Origin: Promethearchaeota archaeon
Lineage (GTDB): Archaea > Asgardarchaeota > Thorarchaeia > Thorarchaeales > Thorarchaeaceae
Assembly: GCA_014728035.1 (NCBI GenBank)
Contig: WJMJ01000072.1
Span: 1 to 41,960, forward strand
Reading direction: 5' to 3'
DNA: 41,960 nt
How positions within the stretch are numbered: position 1 is the first letter of the stretch; each line of letters starts with the position of its first letter. The position numbers were made by a program, and so were the translations under genes. Of the stretch, positions 9,530 through 20,064 are shown piece by piece. The notes under the pieces are model-generated. The model saw only the letters and a program-made list of their open reading frames with translations, did no database searches and was not told the DNA's origin.

Positions 9530-10273
9530 TTGCCTGAAATCCGATTGAGTGAGTTCGAGGCGGTTGTTTTCGACCTCGACTCTACTCTAACCGATACCTC
9601 CAGTTACCCCTACAAAGCAAGTCTTTGGATTCTGAAACAGAGCTCCGAAAATTATGAGGACATTATCAAAGAATATATTCCTCGACTTGTAAAAAACTAT
9701 CAATTGGAGCTAAAGAGAATTAGTGATGGTGAAGAGTACAAATCACCATTTCATTGTGTTAGAGATGCTACAATTGCCACATTAAAGGAATATGACATAC
9801 ATCCAAAGCCTTCAATTCTAAAGAAGGGTATAGAGCAATTCAAGTCATTTCATGTGAAGTACTCTCAATTGCAGCCTGGTACCAAACAAGTACTGGATGC
9901 ATTAAAGAAATTAAAACTGCGTCTAGGTATCATAACCAATTCGTGGGAGGGCCATGCTCCTATCATTTTGGAGAAGTTATCTATCGCCTCATATTTTGAT
10001 TCGATTATAGATCCTGGTACCGTTAAAGCGTACAAACCGATGGGGCAAATATTTCAACGAGTTCTTTCTGATTTGGATGTTGCAGCAGAAGATACTGTTT
10101 TTGTAGGTGACGAGTTCTATGCTGATATTGTGGGTGCAGGAAGATTTGGTCTTCGGACAATATGGATAAATCAACATGATAGATTACTGAAAGAATTTCT
10201 AGACATATACGGGTCTTCTTTCCATCCAGATGTCGTGATTAAAGACATTTCAGAGCTTCTAGAATTCCTGTAG
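9530..10273 (+). CDS. HAD-superfamily hydrolase
   Basis: Motif I VFDLDSTL, motif II IITNS, KP, motif IV VGDEFYADI. Confidence 0.9.
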   Translation: MPEIRLSEFEAVVFDLDSTLTDTSSYPYKASLWILKQSSENYEDIIKEYIPRLVKNYQLELKRISDGEEYKSPFHCVRDATIATLKEYDIHPKPSILKKGIEQFKSFHVKYSQLQPGTKQVLDALKKLKLRLGIITNSWEGHAPIILEKLSIASYFDSIIDPGTVKAYKPMGQIFQRVLSDLDVAAEDTVFVGDEFYADIVGAGRFGLRTIWINQHDRLLKEFLDIYGSSFHPDVVIKDISELLEFL

Positions 10274-10375
10274 AACGTAGCATAGTTCAGAATTCATTCA
10301 GACAGACAGAATACTGTTATTAATAACTAGTAAGAAACCAATCTTGTACGCTAGAGTCTATGGAGCTGTATTTCG

Positions 10376-10816
10376 TTGACCGAGGATGAGGAAAAAGGAC
10401 CAATGAAAGCAAGGTCGGACTTGATTGATATTCTAAAAAGCAGTCCTGAGATTACAGATGCAATCGTTACGATTGTTGAACAGGAGCTGAAGGGTACACA
10501 GTCCGACGAATCGAAAATAGCTGATGCGATTTCCGGTGGTGCAAAAGAATCAGATGTTCAACCAGAAGCAAAGGATAATGTTCTGTATTGGCTAACCGAA
10601 ACTGGTCCTGATGCAAGACAGATCATTCTGGTAAGAACAATAGAGGAACTACTTTCAGTTCCAGAATACAAAGAATCCGTCATGACTGCTCTTGGCAAAA
10701 TCTCTACAAATGAGAACGTCACCATGGTCATGGAATGGGTTGATAGGGGTATTCTTACTCTGAATCAAGCAGTCTATGTACTACTCTTTCCTGATTCTTC
10801 ACATGCTCTAAAATAA
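10376..10816 (+). CDS. Hypothetical alpha-helical acidic protein
   Basis: 146-aa ORF with protein-like composition, upstream GGAG and downstream hairpin. No family recognised. Confidence 0.75.
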   Translation: MTEDEEKGPMKARSDLIDILKSSPEITDAIVTIVEQELKGTQSDESKIADAISGGAKESDVQPEAKDNVLYWLTETGPDARQIILVRTIEELLSVPEYKESVMTALGKISTNENVTMVMEWVDRGILTLNQAVYVLLFPDSSHALK

Positions 10817-10828
10817 TAGAAACAGTTG

Positions 10829-10848
10829 TGGGACCTCAAATGGTCCCA
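10829..10848. terminator. Stem-loop between convergent genes
   Basis: TGGGACC-TCAAAT-GGTCCCA lies between stops at 10816 (+) and 10857 (-). Confidence 0.55.
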
Positions 10849-10856
10849 GTAACAAT

Positions 10857-11129
10857 CTATTCCACAGCTTCAGGAAGGAATTCCTTGACGTGTTTTTTCC
10901 ATCCTGGTTTTAGTTCCAATGCTTTCTTGGCTGCTTTGATTGCTTCATCCTTCCTACCCAATTCTTCAAGTACCATAGACATGTAGTACCAAGACTTTGC
11001 ATAGTCTGGATTAATCTCTATTGATTTCTTATAAGCTTCAACGGCTTCCTCCAGTTTGTCGTTAGATTCTAGTCCTTTCGCCTCTGCGTACCAATCATGT
11101 TCGGTATAATCTTCCTTCTCTACTGACAT
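10857..11129 (-). CDS. Small TPR protein (90 aa)
   Basis: EEAVEAYKKSIEINPDYAKSWYY...EAIKAAKKALELKP, about 2 TPR units. ATG 11129 after GAGG. Confidence 0.85.
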   Translation of the reverse strand: MSVEKEDYTEHDWYAEAKGLESNDKLEEAVEAYKKSIEINPDYAKSWYYMSMVLEELGRKDEAIKAAKKALELKPGWKKHVKEFLPEAVE

Positions 11130-11271
11130 TGACTTTCCTCGTATTATTGTCTGATTAATAGAATACATGAACCTTAATAATCTTGAAGGAGTACTCTTGT
11201 ACACAATCTTTCTCTCAAAATTCTCCCAATATGTAAATATAACTCATTTACAAGACAACTATTGAGAAATA

Positions 11272-11787
11272 ATGGTGTATCGGTTTGGAATTCCATTTAA
11301 GAGAGTATTGTTGGAAAAGGTATCAAATCAATTATGTTTCACTTCTCTGATTATTATATCGCTTCTTGCTTTTCCAATGATGTCTGTAGATTGGACTTCT
11401 AATCTTACTGATGAAAGTACCACATCACTCTATTTTGTATGGGGCGGAATGAACCCAGACACAAATAGACTAGGATTGTATGGGCCTACGCATTTTGGAG
11501 CCTTGGATTCAAGTTTCCTCATTATTATGTCCTCTCTTTGGTTCATTGGGGGGATTATCATGGTATCTGTGCTTTACCTCCTACAACCTGAGAAGAGTAT
11601 TCATTTCATCGTCTTTTCGTTTTTGTTGTTAATCTTGTATCTGTTCCTACCCCATTATTTCATTGAATCCGCGATTTTACAGAACTTTCAAATCCAAGGG
11701 GTATCAGTATATGCTGGCCCACCGCTATTCTCGATTGTTGGTGGTCTTTTCAGGTTCATGTCTGCCTCAAATGAAACTGAGGAATAA
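11272..11787 (+). CDS. Hypothetical membrane protein
   Basis: 171-aa ORF with 3-4 hydrophobic segments filling the intergenic space. Confidence 0.6.
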   Translation: MVYRFGIPFKRVLLEKVSNQLCFTSLIIISLLAFPMMSVDWTSNLTDESTTSLYFVWGGMNPDTNRLGLYGPTHFGALDSSFLIIMSSLWFIGGIIMVSVLYLLQPEKSIHFIVFSFLLLILYLFLPHYFIESAILQNFQIQGVSVYAGPPLFSIVGGLFRFMSASNETEE

Positions 11788-11789
11788 AT

Positions 11790-11805
11790 CGAAAGGCTTT
11801 ATATC
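11790..11805 (+). promoter_or_regulatory. Putative archaeal BRE/TATA promoter of the mutase operon
   Basis: CGAAAGGC-TTTATATC about 45 nt upstream of the TTG at 11848. Confidence 0.5.
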
Positions 11806-11847
11806 TCCACAATAGGAGTTCGAATACAAACAATCTGAGGTTGGCCA

Positions 11848-12246
11848 TTGAGTTCAAAAAAGATTAGAGTCCTTGTGGCAAAGCCCGGTCTGGATGGTCA
11901 TGACCGTGGTGCGAAAGTAGTTGCTCGTGCTTTACGTGATGCTGGAATGGAGGTTATCTATACAGGTCTCAGGCAGACACCCGAGATGATCGTAGAAGCT
12001 GCAATTCAGGAAGATGTGGATGTTATTGGTATGAGTATTCTGAGTGGTGCACACATGGCGTTATTTCCAAAAGTCATGGAATTACTAAAGGCTGAGGATG
12101 CTGATGACATTCTTGTTGTTGGTGGTGGCATTATCCCTGAAGATGATATTCCCGAGCTGAAGAAGCATGGAATCAATGCGATTTTTGGTCCTGGAACACC
12201 TCTTGAGGATATCGTAAAGTACATTCGTGAAAATGTCAAATTATAG
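11848..12246 (+). CDS. mcmB: Methylmalonyl-CoA mutase, cobalamin-binding small subunit
   Basis: [12 protein letters not shown] (DxHxxG), SILSGAH, VGGGIIP, FGPGT. Confidence 0.96.
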   Translation: MSSKKIRVLVAKPGLDGHDRGAKVVARALRDAGMEVIYTGLRQTPEMIVEAAIQEDVDVIGMSILSGAHMALFPKVMELLKAEDADDILVVGGGIIPEDDIPELKKHGINAIFGPGTPLEDIVKYIRENVKL

Positions 12247-12251
12247 CTTCT

Positions 12252-13226
12252 GTGAGGACATTAGAATTGTCTGAGGAGCGATTGATTGAGGGAGTTTTGA
12301 GCGGCAAACGCAGGTCTCTTGCCCGTCTAATCTCTCTTATAGAAGATGAGGATTCTTCGGTATCACGAATACTGGCAAGACTATACCGTCACACTGGTAA
12401 AGCACATATCGTTGGAGTTACCGGTCCACCTGGGTCTGGAAAGAGTACTCTAGTGACCAGATTAACTGCTGAATTGCGATCTAGGGGACATACTATTGGA
12501 ATTATTTGTGTTGATCCTTCAAGTCCTTTTACTGGAGGCGCTCTTCTTGGTGATAGAATTCGCATGCAAGAACATGCTTTGGATAAGGAAGTGTTTGTAC
12601 GAAGTATGGGTACTCGTGGTCATTTAGGTGGTCTAGCTCGTTCTACTTCTGATGCTGTACGAGCTGTTGATGCATTTGGAAAGGATATTGTATTAGTAGA
12701 AACCGTGGGTGCTGGTCAGTCAGAGGTTGAAGTGGTCGGAATTGCCCATACTGTGTTAGTAACTGATGTTCCTGGCAGTGGGGATGACATTCAAGCAATC
12801 AAGGCTGGCATTATGGAGATTGCAGATATATTCGTGGTGAACAAGTGTGACCTTCCTGGTGCTGATAAGAAAGTCACAGAGATTAATGCTATGTTAGATA
12901 TTGCCCCTATGGCTGATAAATGGAGACCCCCAGTTGTTCAGACCAATGGCAGAACGGGAGAGGGCATTCCCGAACTTGTAGATAAGATTGACGAGCATAT
13001 GGACTACTTGAAATCCTCTGGTATGCTTGAGCATAAAGGATTGCAACGTAGTCGTGAAGAGCTTGAGCAGATTATGGAATACAAACTCACTAGAGAGCTG
13101 ATGACTAAACTTCAAGGCACAGATGAGTTCGAGAAAGCTATCGAACAGATAGCAAAACGTGATGCGGATCCCTATACTATCGCTGAACGGCTAATTGCGG
13201 AATTTCTCGCAAGTTGTAGAGAGTAG
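12252..13226 (+). CDS. meaB: Methylmalonyl-CoA mutase-associated GTPase MeaB
   Basis: [50 protein letters not shown]. Confidence 0.97.
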   Translation: MRTLELSEERLIEGVLSGKRRSLARLISLIEDEDSSVSRILARLYRHTGKAHIVGVTGPPGSGKSTLVTRLTAELRSRGHTIGIICVDPSSPFTGGALLGDRIRMQEHALDKEVFVRSMGTRGHLGGLARSTSDAVRAVDAFGKDIVLVETVGAGQSEVEVVGIAHTVLVTDVPGSGDDIQAIKAGIMEIADIFVVNKCDLPGADKKVTEINAMLDIAPMADKWRPPVVQTNGRTGEGIPELVDKIDEHMDYLKSSGMLEHKGLQRSREELEQIMEYKLTRELMTKLQGTDEFEKAIEQIAKRDADPYTIAERLIAEFLASCRE

Positions 13227-14905
13227 TGAAAACGATGAACAAGAAACAGGAAATTGCTGATGCATTGGAAAACTGGGAGAATACAACTCTTTCACAAACC
13301 ATCAGTAAATATCCCGAGCGAAAAGAAGAGTTCACAACGATTTCTGAGATACCTCTGAAACGTATCTATACTCCTCTTGATATTGAAAAGAAGGATTACC
13401 TTCAAGACCTTGGCTTCCCTGGCGAGTATCCATACACCCGTGGTGTACAACCCACAATGTACCGTGGACGCTTCTGGACAATGCGGCAATATAGTGGATT
13501 CGCTACAGCCAAGGAGAGTAATCAGCGATTTCGATTTCTTCTTGAACAAGGGCAGACTGGTCTATCTGTAGCATTTGATCTCCCTACTCAGATTGGCTAT
13601 GATTCTGACCATCCTCTGTCAAATGGTGAGGTGGGAAAAGTAGGTGTTGCTATTGACTCGCTTGCGGACATGGAGGTTCTCTTTGAGAGAATCCCGCTCG
13701 ATAAGGTGTCAACATCCATGACAATAAACGCTCCAGCAGCTGTTTTGCTTGCTATGTATATTGTAGTTGCAGAGAAGCAAGGCGTTCCAATGGATAAGCT
13801 TCGAGGCACTATTCAGAATGATATCCTGAAAGAATATGTGGCTCGAGGAACCTATATCTTTCCACCAGGGCCCTCTATGCGTCTGATTACAGACACTTTC
13901 AAATTCTGTTCTGAACACATGCCTAGATGGAATACCATATCAATTTCTGGTTACCATATACGTGAGGCTGGTTCAACAGCTGTGCAAGAGGTGGCATTTA
14001 CGTTAGCTGATGGCATTGCTTATGTGCAAGCTGCTATCGGTGCTGGTCTTGATGTCGATAGTTTTGCTTCAAGACTTTCCTTCTTCTTTGGGTCGCATAG
14101 TGATTTCCTCGAGGAGATAGCCAAATTCAGAGCTGCCAGAAGATTATGGGCTAGAATCATGAAAGAGCGTTTTCATGCGAAGAGCGATCAATCATGTAGG
14201 ATGCGATTTCACACACAGACCGCAGGTTGTACCCTGACTGCGCAACAACCAGATAATAATGTAGTTAGGGTTACTCTTCAAGCACTACAGGCAGTTCTTG
14301 GCGGTACTCAATCACTGCATACTAATTCTCGTGACGAAGCATTATCACTTCCTACCAGAGAGTCTGTTCAGATTGCTTTACGTACACAACAGATTATTGC
14401 CTATGAGACTGGTGTTGGCGACACAATTGACCCATTGGCTGGTTCCTACTTCATCGAATCTCTTACAGATGAGATTGAAAAGAGAGCTATGGAATATATA
14501 GACAAGATAGACTCGATGGGTGGAGCACCAGCAGCAATTGAAAAGGGCTTCATACAGCGTGAAATTCATGACAGTGCATATTCTTTCCAACGCTCTGTCG
14601 ATGAAGATGCAAGAATAGTTGTGGGAGTGAATCAATTCAAGGTTGATGAGGAACAAGTGTTTGACTATCTTCGTGTTGATCCTGTCACAGAACTTAGTCA
14701 GAAGGAAAAATTGCTGGAAATGAAGATGTCCCGCGATACGAGTAAAGTAACTGATGTTCTAGCTCGATTGAAGAAAGCTGCTGAGGGTGATGAGAATCTT
14801 ATGCCAGTGCTTATCGAAGCAGTCAAAGAATATGCTACACTTGGAGAGATTTGTCAGGTTCTCCGTGATGTGTTTGGAGAGTACAAAGCACCGGATATCC
14901 TCTAG
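13226..14905 (+). CDS. mcmA: Methylmalonyl-CoA mutase, substrate-binding large subunit
   Basis: [18 protein letters not shown] (Tyr specificity position), [13 protein letters not shown] (Arg specificity position), [17 protein letters not shown]. Confidence 0.96.
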   Translation: MKTMNKKQEIADALENWENTTLSQTISKYPERKEEFTTISEIPLKRIYTPLDIEKKDYLQDLGFPGEYPYTRGVQPTMYRGRFWTMRQYSGFATAKESNQRFRFLLEQGQTGLSVAFDLPTQIGYDSDHPLSNGEVGKVGVAIDSLADMEVLFERIPLDKVSTSMTINAPAAVLLAMYIVVAEKQGVPMDKLRGTIQNDILKEYVARGTYIFPPGPSMRLITDTFKFCSEHMPRWNTISISGYHIREAGSTAVQEVAFTLADGIAYVQAAIGAGLDVDSFASRLSFFFGSHSDFLEEIAKFRAARRLWARIMKERFHAKSDQSCRMRFHTQTAGCTLTAQQPDNNVVRVTLQALQAVLGGTQSLHTNSRDEALSLPTRESVQIALRTQQIIAYETGVGDTIDPLAGSYFIESLTDEIEKRAMEYIDKIDSMGGAPAAIEKGFIQREIHDSAYSFQRSVDEDARIVVGVNQFKVDEEQVFDYLRVDPVTELSQKEKLLEMKMSRDTSKVTDVLARLKKAAEGDENLMPVLIEAVKEYATLGEICQVLRDVFGEYKAPDIL

Positions 14906-14916
14906 GAGGAAAAAAA

Positions 14917-15330
14917 TTGACCGTTGAAAAAATAGACCATATTGGTATAGCAGTAGATAGCATTGAGAAATGGCTTGTATATTATAGAGACACACTTGGT
15001 CTTCAATATACTGGGTCTGAAGTAGTAGAAGAACAGAAGGTGAAGGTTGCCTTTTTGGGAATCGGCGAGAGTCGAATTGAATTACTTGAACCAACAGCAG
15101 ACGATAGTCCTATCGCACGATTCCTTGAAAAAAGAGGTTCCGGAATTCATCACATTGCAGTACGAGTGGATGACATAGAAGCTGCAATCAAGGCACACAA
15201 AGAATCTGGGTCTCGAATGATTGACGAAACTCCCCGTACCGGAGCACACAATATGCGAATTGCCTTTGTCCATCCTAAAACCACTGGTGGCGTGCTTATG
15301 GAACTCTGCCAATCACCTCCAGAGCATTAA
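14917..15330 (+). CDS. mce: Methylmalonyl-CoA epimerase
   Basis: IDHIGIAV, RIELLEP, GIHHIAVRV, FVHPKTTGGVLMEL. Last gene of the mutase operon. Confidence 0.95.
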   Translation: MTVEKIDHIGIAVDSIEKWLVYYRDTLGLQYTGSEVVEEQKVKVAFLGIGESRIELLEPTADDSPIARFLEKRGSGIHHIAVRVDDIEAAIKAHKESGSRMIDETPRTGAHNMRIAFVHPKTTGGVLMELCQSPPEH

Positions 15331-15416
15331 TTCGCTACACATCGAATAGTTTAGTCTTTCATACAAACTTTATCTGAATCCGTTCCCTATACTATGGTGT
15401 CCGGAGGTGAATCTAG

Positions 15417-15689
15417 TTGTATCAGGAAGAGCCTGCTACACACTATGATCATTATAGAGTAGCTAAAAGTCACGAGAAGCATGGTCGATTCGAGGAAGCT
15501 CTTGAGTCCTACGCAAAAGCTATTCAACTTGATGAAGACTATGCATATGCTTGGTACTATAAAGGCCTACTTCATCAGAAGATGGGCCAGAAAAAAGAAG
15601 CTGTTCGATGTGCTGAACGTGCTCTAGCAATAGAGCCAGGCTGGGAAAAACATGTTCAGAAGATCATTGATGAGTGCTCAGAAAAATAG
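15417..15689 (+). CDS. Small TPR protein (90 aa), paralog of 10857-11129
   Basis: FEEALESYAKAIQLDEDYAYAWYYKG...ALAIEPGWEKHV. SD GGAGGTGA before TTG. Confidence 0.87.
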   Translation: MYQEEPATHYDHYRVAKSHEKHGRFEEALESYAKAIQLDEDYAYAWYYKGLLHQKMGQKKEAVRCAERALAIEPGWEKHVQKIIDECSEK

Positions 15690-15692
15690 AAA

Positions 15693-16736
15693 CTATGAAC
15701 CACCAAGAATCTCTACTACCGAGTCAGCAACATATTGAACATCCTTGCTATCAACCATTCTGTTCAAAACGAACCTTGTTCGTGTGCCATAACCTCCGTA
15801 GACTAAAACACCTCTCTTCTCCAATTCTGCCGATAGCTTCTGAGTATCAATGTCGAAGTTTCTCAAGTCTATGAAAATAATGTTGGTGTCTGGTTCGTCA
15901 AGAACCAGGCCCTCTATTTCTACCAAGCGTTTATAGAGTAGCTTAGCATTATCGTGGTCTTCGATTAACCGGTCAACCATCTTTTCTAAAGCAATTATCA
16001 TTGGTGCAGCAATGATTCCAGCCTGTCTCATACCTCCTCCTAGTCGCTTTCTGACTCGATGTGCTTCATGGATGAAATCCTCTGTTCCTGCAATCATCGA
16101 GCCCACTGGCGCAGACAGTCCCTTGCTACAGCAAATCTGAACGCTATCAACATGTTCAACCAGTTTTTTTGCTTTGATTCCTAGTCCAACTGCAGCATTG
16201 AACAGCCTAGCTCCATCACAATGTACTTTGAGACCATGTTCGTGTGCGACTTGAGCTAAGGCTTGTACTTGTTCCGGTCTGGTGATTGTTCCTCCTGCAT
16301 AGTTGTGCGTATTTTCAACAACTACCATTGAAGTCTTTGCATAATGTGCATCATCAACACTAATCGCTTTTTCAAGGGTAGTAGGTGAAATATATCCTCT
16401 AATTCCTTCTACCGGTTTTGGAAAGAGTCCACCTAGTGAAGCCATCGAACCTGCTTCAAAGAGAAACGTATGTGATTGATTCTCTACCACGACCTCTTCT
16501 CCCCGACATGTCTGAGCAAGAAGTGAGATAACATTTCCTTGAGTTCCAGATGTGACAAGCAGGGCTTTTTCCTTTCCAAGGATTCTTGCTGTCTTATCTT
16601 GGAGCTCGTGTACTACCTCGTCTTCTCCGATAACATCATCACCAAATCTTCCTGCTTTGTGAGCTGCAGCTATAGCGTCGATCATCTCGTCAGTGGGTTG
16701 AGTTATTGTATCACTACGGAGGTCAATGGTCTTCAT
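15693..16736 (-). CDS. ltaE: Low-specificity L-threonine aldolase
   Basis: DLRSDT, SGTQGN, ENTHN, HCDGARLFNA, PLP-lysine SKGLSAPVGS, GGGMRQAG. Confidence 0.93.
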   Translation of the reverse strand: MKTIDLRSDTITQPTDEMIDAIAAAHKAGRFGDDVIGEDEVVHELQDKTARILGKEKALLVTSGTQGNVISLLAQTCRGEEVVVENQSHTFLFEAGSMASLGGLFPKPVEGIRGYISPTTLEKAISVDDAHYAKTSMVVVENTHNYAGGTITRPEQVQALAQVAHEHGLKVHCDGARLFNAAVGLGIKAKKLVEHVDSVQICCSKGLSAPVGSMIAGTEDFIHEAHRVRKRLGGGMRQAGIIAAPMIIALEKMVDRLIEDHDNAKLLYKRLVEIEGLVLDEPDTNIIFIDLRNFDIDTQKLSAELEKRGVLVYGGYGTRTRFVLNRMVDSKDVQYVADSVVEILGGS

Positions 16737-16844
16737 GGTTTAATATCCAAACTAACTTACATTTTAGGTTTGTCCAATGTGCCCCTGTACGAAGGCATAT
16801 AATGTGGTCTGTATTGCATTGGAATCACCTCAGAGGCCTTTCAT

Positions 16845-18125
16845 ATGTCGGACGCAAAAGTCGGTTATTTTGATAGGGTACGGTTTTTCAAGCGTGATGC
16901 AAGACTTTACATTGCATCCTCAGCTATCAATTCATTTGCTTTTGGTATAAGTAATGTAATCTTTAACTTATACATGAAAGAGGCTGGCTTCTCTGAGGAT
17001 TTTTTGGGATTCTTTCTATCCGTTTCGATGTTTGCCACAGGGTTTATTGCAGTTGGAGCAGGAATGTTCTCAGATCGTCACTGTCGAAAAAGAATTATTC
17101 TCTCAACCAAGATTATTGTATTATTATCCTTAGCAGTTCAATATACAGTTTTGAATCCAGCATACCTGTTACTCTCTCAAGTTTCAGTGGGATTAGCCAG
17201 TGCATTCACACAAGTTTCTTGGGCTCCATATATTACAGACCTATCAACTGATGAAGAGCGAGCACATCTCTTTGGGTTTGGTGGGGGTCTATCACTGATT
17301 GCAGTCCTAATGGGAAATCTTTCCGGAGGATTTCTCCCACCCATCTTCATGAATCTTTTCAATTTGCCCTTGTTCAATGCATTCCAATTTGCTTTATGGG
17401 TTTCACTTCTCCCACTAGTAATTGCAACACTTCTCATCACACCAATGACCAAAGATGAGGTCTGCGAAACTGAAAAGAAAATATCATTTGAAAATGTACG
17501 GAATTGGAGATTTATAGGTAAATATGCAACGACTGTTTCAACCATTGGATTAGGAGCTGGAATGATTGTTTTATTCTTCAATCTCTTTTTCGAAAATGAA
17601 TTTCAAGCTGATTCATCACTTATTGGTGTTATTTTTGCTATTAACACACTCTTGCTTGCAGCTGGCAACTTTCTTGCCCCAGCATTGGCAGATAGGATTG
17701 GCAAAGTACGCACCGTTGTTGTGACTGAGGCTTTATCGATTCCTTTTCTTCTAATGATATCCTGGGCGCCAGTGCTTTATCTAGCAGTCATTGCCTATGT
17801 GATGAGAACAGTTCTCATGAATATGGCTGGTCCAGTTTCAAATGCATTCTTTATGGAGGGCTTAAGCAGAGAAGAACGAGCTACAGCAAGTGGCGTTGTA
17901 AACTCGGGTAATTCCATTGTTAGAGGTATTGCTGCAAATATCGGTGGATGGATGTTAGCCTTGGGTCTCTATAGACTACCCTATCTGGTAGTTTCAGGTC
18001 TTTACGTATTGGGAGTAGTGTTATTCTTTGTATTCTTCAAGAATAAAGAAGAAGAAATAGAACAACTTCGTGAGGTCGAAATAGTTCGTTCTCACGAAGA
18101 CGAAGCGGAACTTGATGTTACTTGA
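16845..18125 (+). CDS. MFS transporter
   Basis: About 12 TM helices; motif A-like GMFSDRHCRK and LADRIGK. Confidence 0.9.
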   Translation: MSDAKVGYFDRVRFFKRDARLYIASSAINSFAFGISNVIFNLYMKEAGFSEDFLGFFLSVSMFATGFIAVGAGMFSDRHCRKRIILSTKIIVLLSLAVQYTVLNPAYLLLSQVSVGLASAFTQVSWAPYITDLSTDEERAHLFGFGGGLSLIAVLMGNLSGGFLPPIFMNLFNLPLFNAFQFALWVSLLPLVIATLLITPMTKDEVCETEKKISFENVRNWRFIGKYATTVSTIGLGAGMIVLFFNLFFENEFQADSSLIGVIFAINTLLLAAGNFLAPALADRIGKVRTVVVTEALSIPFLLMISWAPVLYLAVIAYVMRTVLMNMAGPVSNAFFMEGLSREERATASGVVNSGNSIVRGIAANIGGWMLALGLYRLPYLVVSGLYVLGVVLFFVFFKNKEEEIEQLREVEIVRSHEDEAELDVT

Positions 18126-18936
18126 AGTACATCTCTTTCGCTTTCTTAATGATTTCCTCATCAGCAGGAAAGATCAGTGGTATTGCTCTGTATTCTGCTG
18201 TACAAGGAGTTCCAGTAGCAGAATGAAATACGACTTTTGGTTTTCCTGCGTCTGTATCGTAGTCCAGTTCAATGACATAACTCATGATCGTATGAGTTCT
18301 GTTACCCTCCACCGCATGTTTGCAGAGGCTTGCACGTCCCTGTTGCTCTCCATGATCTTTTAGCAACTCGAAAACTTGTTGAGGATTAGATATCTCTCTC
18401 ACCAGTTCATATCCTCTTTCAACTCTCTTTACAGAAGCATCGTATCTTTCGGAGTCTTCATTCCTAAGAACTTCTTCAGTATCCAGCATTATGTGATGGC
18501 TGGTCCGGAGAACTTTCCGTTCAGACCACTCGATTGCATAGTCATTACCTGCAAGTTCAATGACCAAGGTGCTATCCGAGTCAGCAAGAACAAGATTTCC
18601 CCATTGGTAGAGCTTATCCTTCTCCAGATGGTCTCTCGTCATTGCTAGACCATCTTCTGCATCTTTAGCAAACATGAGAATTTGTTCTGTAAGCATATGA
18701 TATGACGGATCATCCGTGTTTCTCACATGAGTATTAGCAACAGCCAGACCGTGTCTGTTGACGCCAATTGCGAGACCACCATGCTCACCGGTTACAATGT
18801 TTATTCCCCGTATTCCAAAACAGTCAACATCATAGAATAGCTCATCCTTATGAGCATCTCCTGATAAATCCCTATTTTTGAAGAGGAATGTCTTCTTGAT
18901 ATCGGGTAGAACTACTGCGCCTGAAAAGCTGGACAT
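18118..18936 (-). CDS. Ntn-hydrolase-like protein (peptidase C45/C69-like) lacking the N-terminal Cys
   Basis: FLFKNRD, GVNRHGLAVAN, GNLVLAD...VIE, RTSHH, LLKDH...LCKH, GTPC. Confidence 0.7.
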   Translation of the reverse strand: MSSFSGAVVLPDIKKTFLFKNRDLSGDAHKDELFYDVDCFGIRGINIVTGEHGGLAIGVNRHGLAVANTHVRNTDDPSYHMLTEQILMFAKDAEDGLAMTRDHLEKDKLYQWGNLVLADSDSTLVIELAGNDYAIEWSERKVLRTSHHIMLDTEEVLRNEDSERYDASVKRVERGYELVREISNPQQVFELLKDHGEQQGRASLCKHAVEGNRTHTIMSYVIELDYDTDAGKPKVVFHSATGTPCTAEYRAIPLIFPADEEIIKKAKEMYFK

Positions 18937-19228
18937 TAGGACCACTCTTGTTTGAAGTTTATATATCTAATATAAGTTCTCTGTGGACTGCTCTTATATT
19001 ATACAAATGGTGAAACATCCCCTATCTTATTCTTTTTGGGTATGTTCTTCTGACCATGTCGGATAAATCTGATTTATAACTCTCATTTCATCAGTATTTT
19101 TGAAATTTGATGTGCATTGAGAGACGAATATTTGTTCAAATGGCTTGAGAGGAATCAACCAGAATCTTGAACCAGCACTTCCAAGATATTTCGATTAAGT
19201 GACCTTAGCATTCGGGTGTGAAATTATC

Positions 19229-20017
19229 ATGAGTGGAAAAGATTGGCAAAAGCTCCTCAAAACAAACCGGTTGAATCCTGTTATTCATAGATTCTCCTCT
19301 GTAGACTCTACGAATGATGTTATCAAAGACTTTTTACAAGACTCATCTGAACAAAATCCAGTCGTAATTGCACTTCAGCAAACCCAAGGAAAAGGGCGTT
19401 TGGATCGTAAATGGATCTCCCCGATAGGTGGACTTTATCTCTCTGTAGCAATAGATTTGCGCATTCCTGCTGAAAATTCACCTTTATTGGTTTTGTTGGT
19501 CGGGAGCGCTTGTGTATCTTCGATTAGAAATTTGACAGCGATCGATGCCGGATTGAAATGGCCAAATGATATACTTGTTAGTGACCGGAAAGTGGGTGGA
19601 ATACTTTGTGAGCTCGTGTTGGATTCTAAAGGCAATTACTATGTTATTGCTGGAATTGGGATCAATGTGAATACCAATATGGCTGAACTTCCACCCGATG
19701 TTCAAAAGATATCAACTAATCTTGAATCTACTCTATCGATTCACAAGCTAGCTGTCCACATCCTTAATGGGATTGATAGTCGATTGATTACTATAGAGGG
19801 TGAATCCGGTATTGATTGCATTCTTAAAGAATGGGAAAATCTGAGTCTTACTATCGGTAGAAGGATATTGGTGAATTTAGGAAACTCCACAATTCATGGT
19901 ACTGCTCTTGGTGTTACTGAAGATGGGGCCCTAATAGTTAAAGAAACAAATGGGACACAAACAATAGTAGATGTTGGAGATGTAGAGCATCTACATCAAA
20001 CTGATACTTACTATTAG
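19229..20017 (+). CDS. birA: Biotin-protein ligase without N-terminal HTH
   Basis: DSTND, QTQGKGRLDRKWISP, LKWPND, KVGGILCE, GIGINV, C-terminal DGALIV..GDV. Confidence 0.95.
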   Translation: MSGKDWQKLLKTNRLNPVIHRFSSVDSTNDVIKDFLQDSSEQNPVVIALQQTQGKGRLDRKWISPIGGLYLSVAIDLRIPAENSPLLVLLVGSACVSSIRNLTAIDAGLKWPNDILVSDRKVGGILCELVLDSKGNYYVIAGIGINVNTNMAELPPDVQKISTNLESTLSIHKLAVHILNGIDSRLITIEGESGIDCILKEWENLSLTIGRRILVNLGNSTIHGTALGVTEDGALIVKETNGTQTIVDVGDVEHLHQTDTYY

Positions 20018-20064
20018 ATAGCATTATGAGTGGAATACCGAGTGCATGATTGAGGTTACTCCGA

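Noticed and set aside
11810-11830. GTTCGAAT resembling a tRNA T-loop
   Set aside because: No flanking T-stem or cloverleaf.
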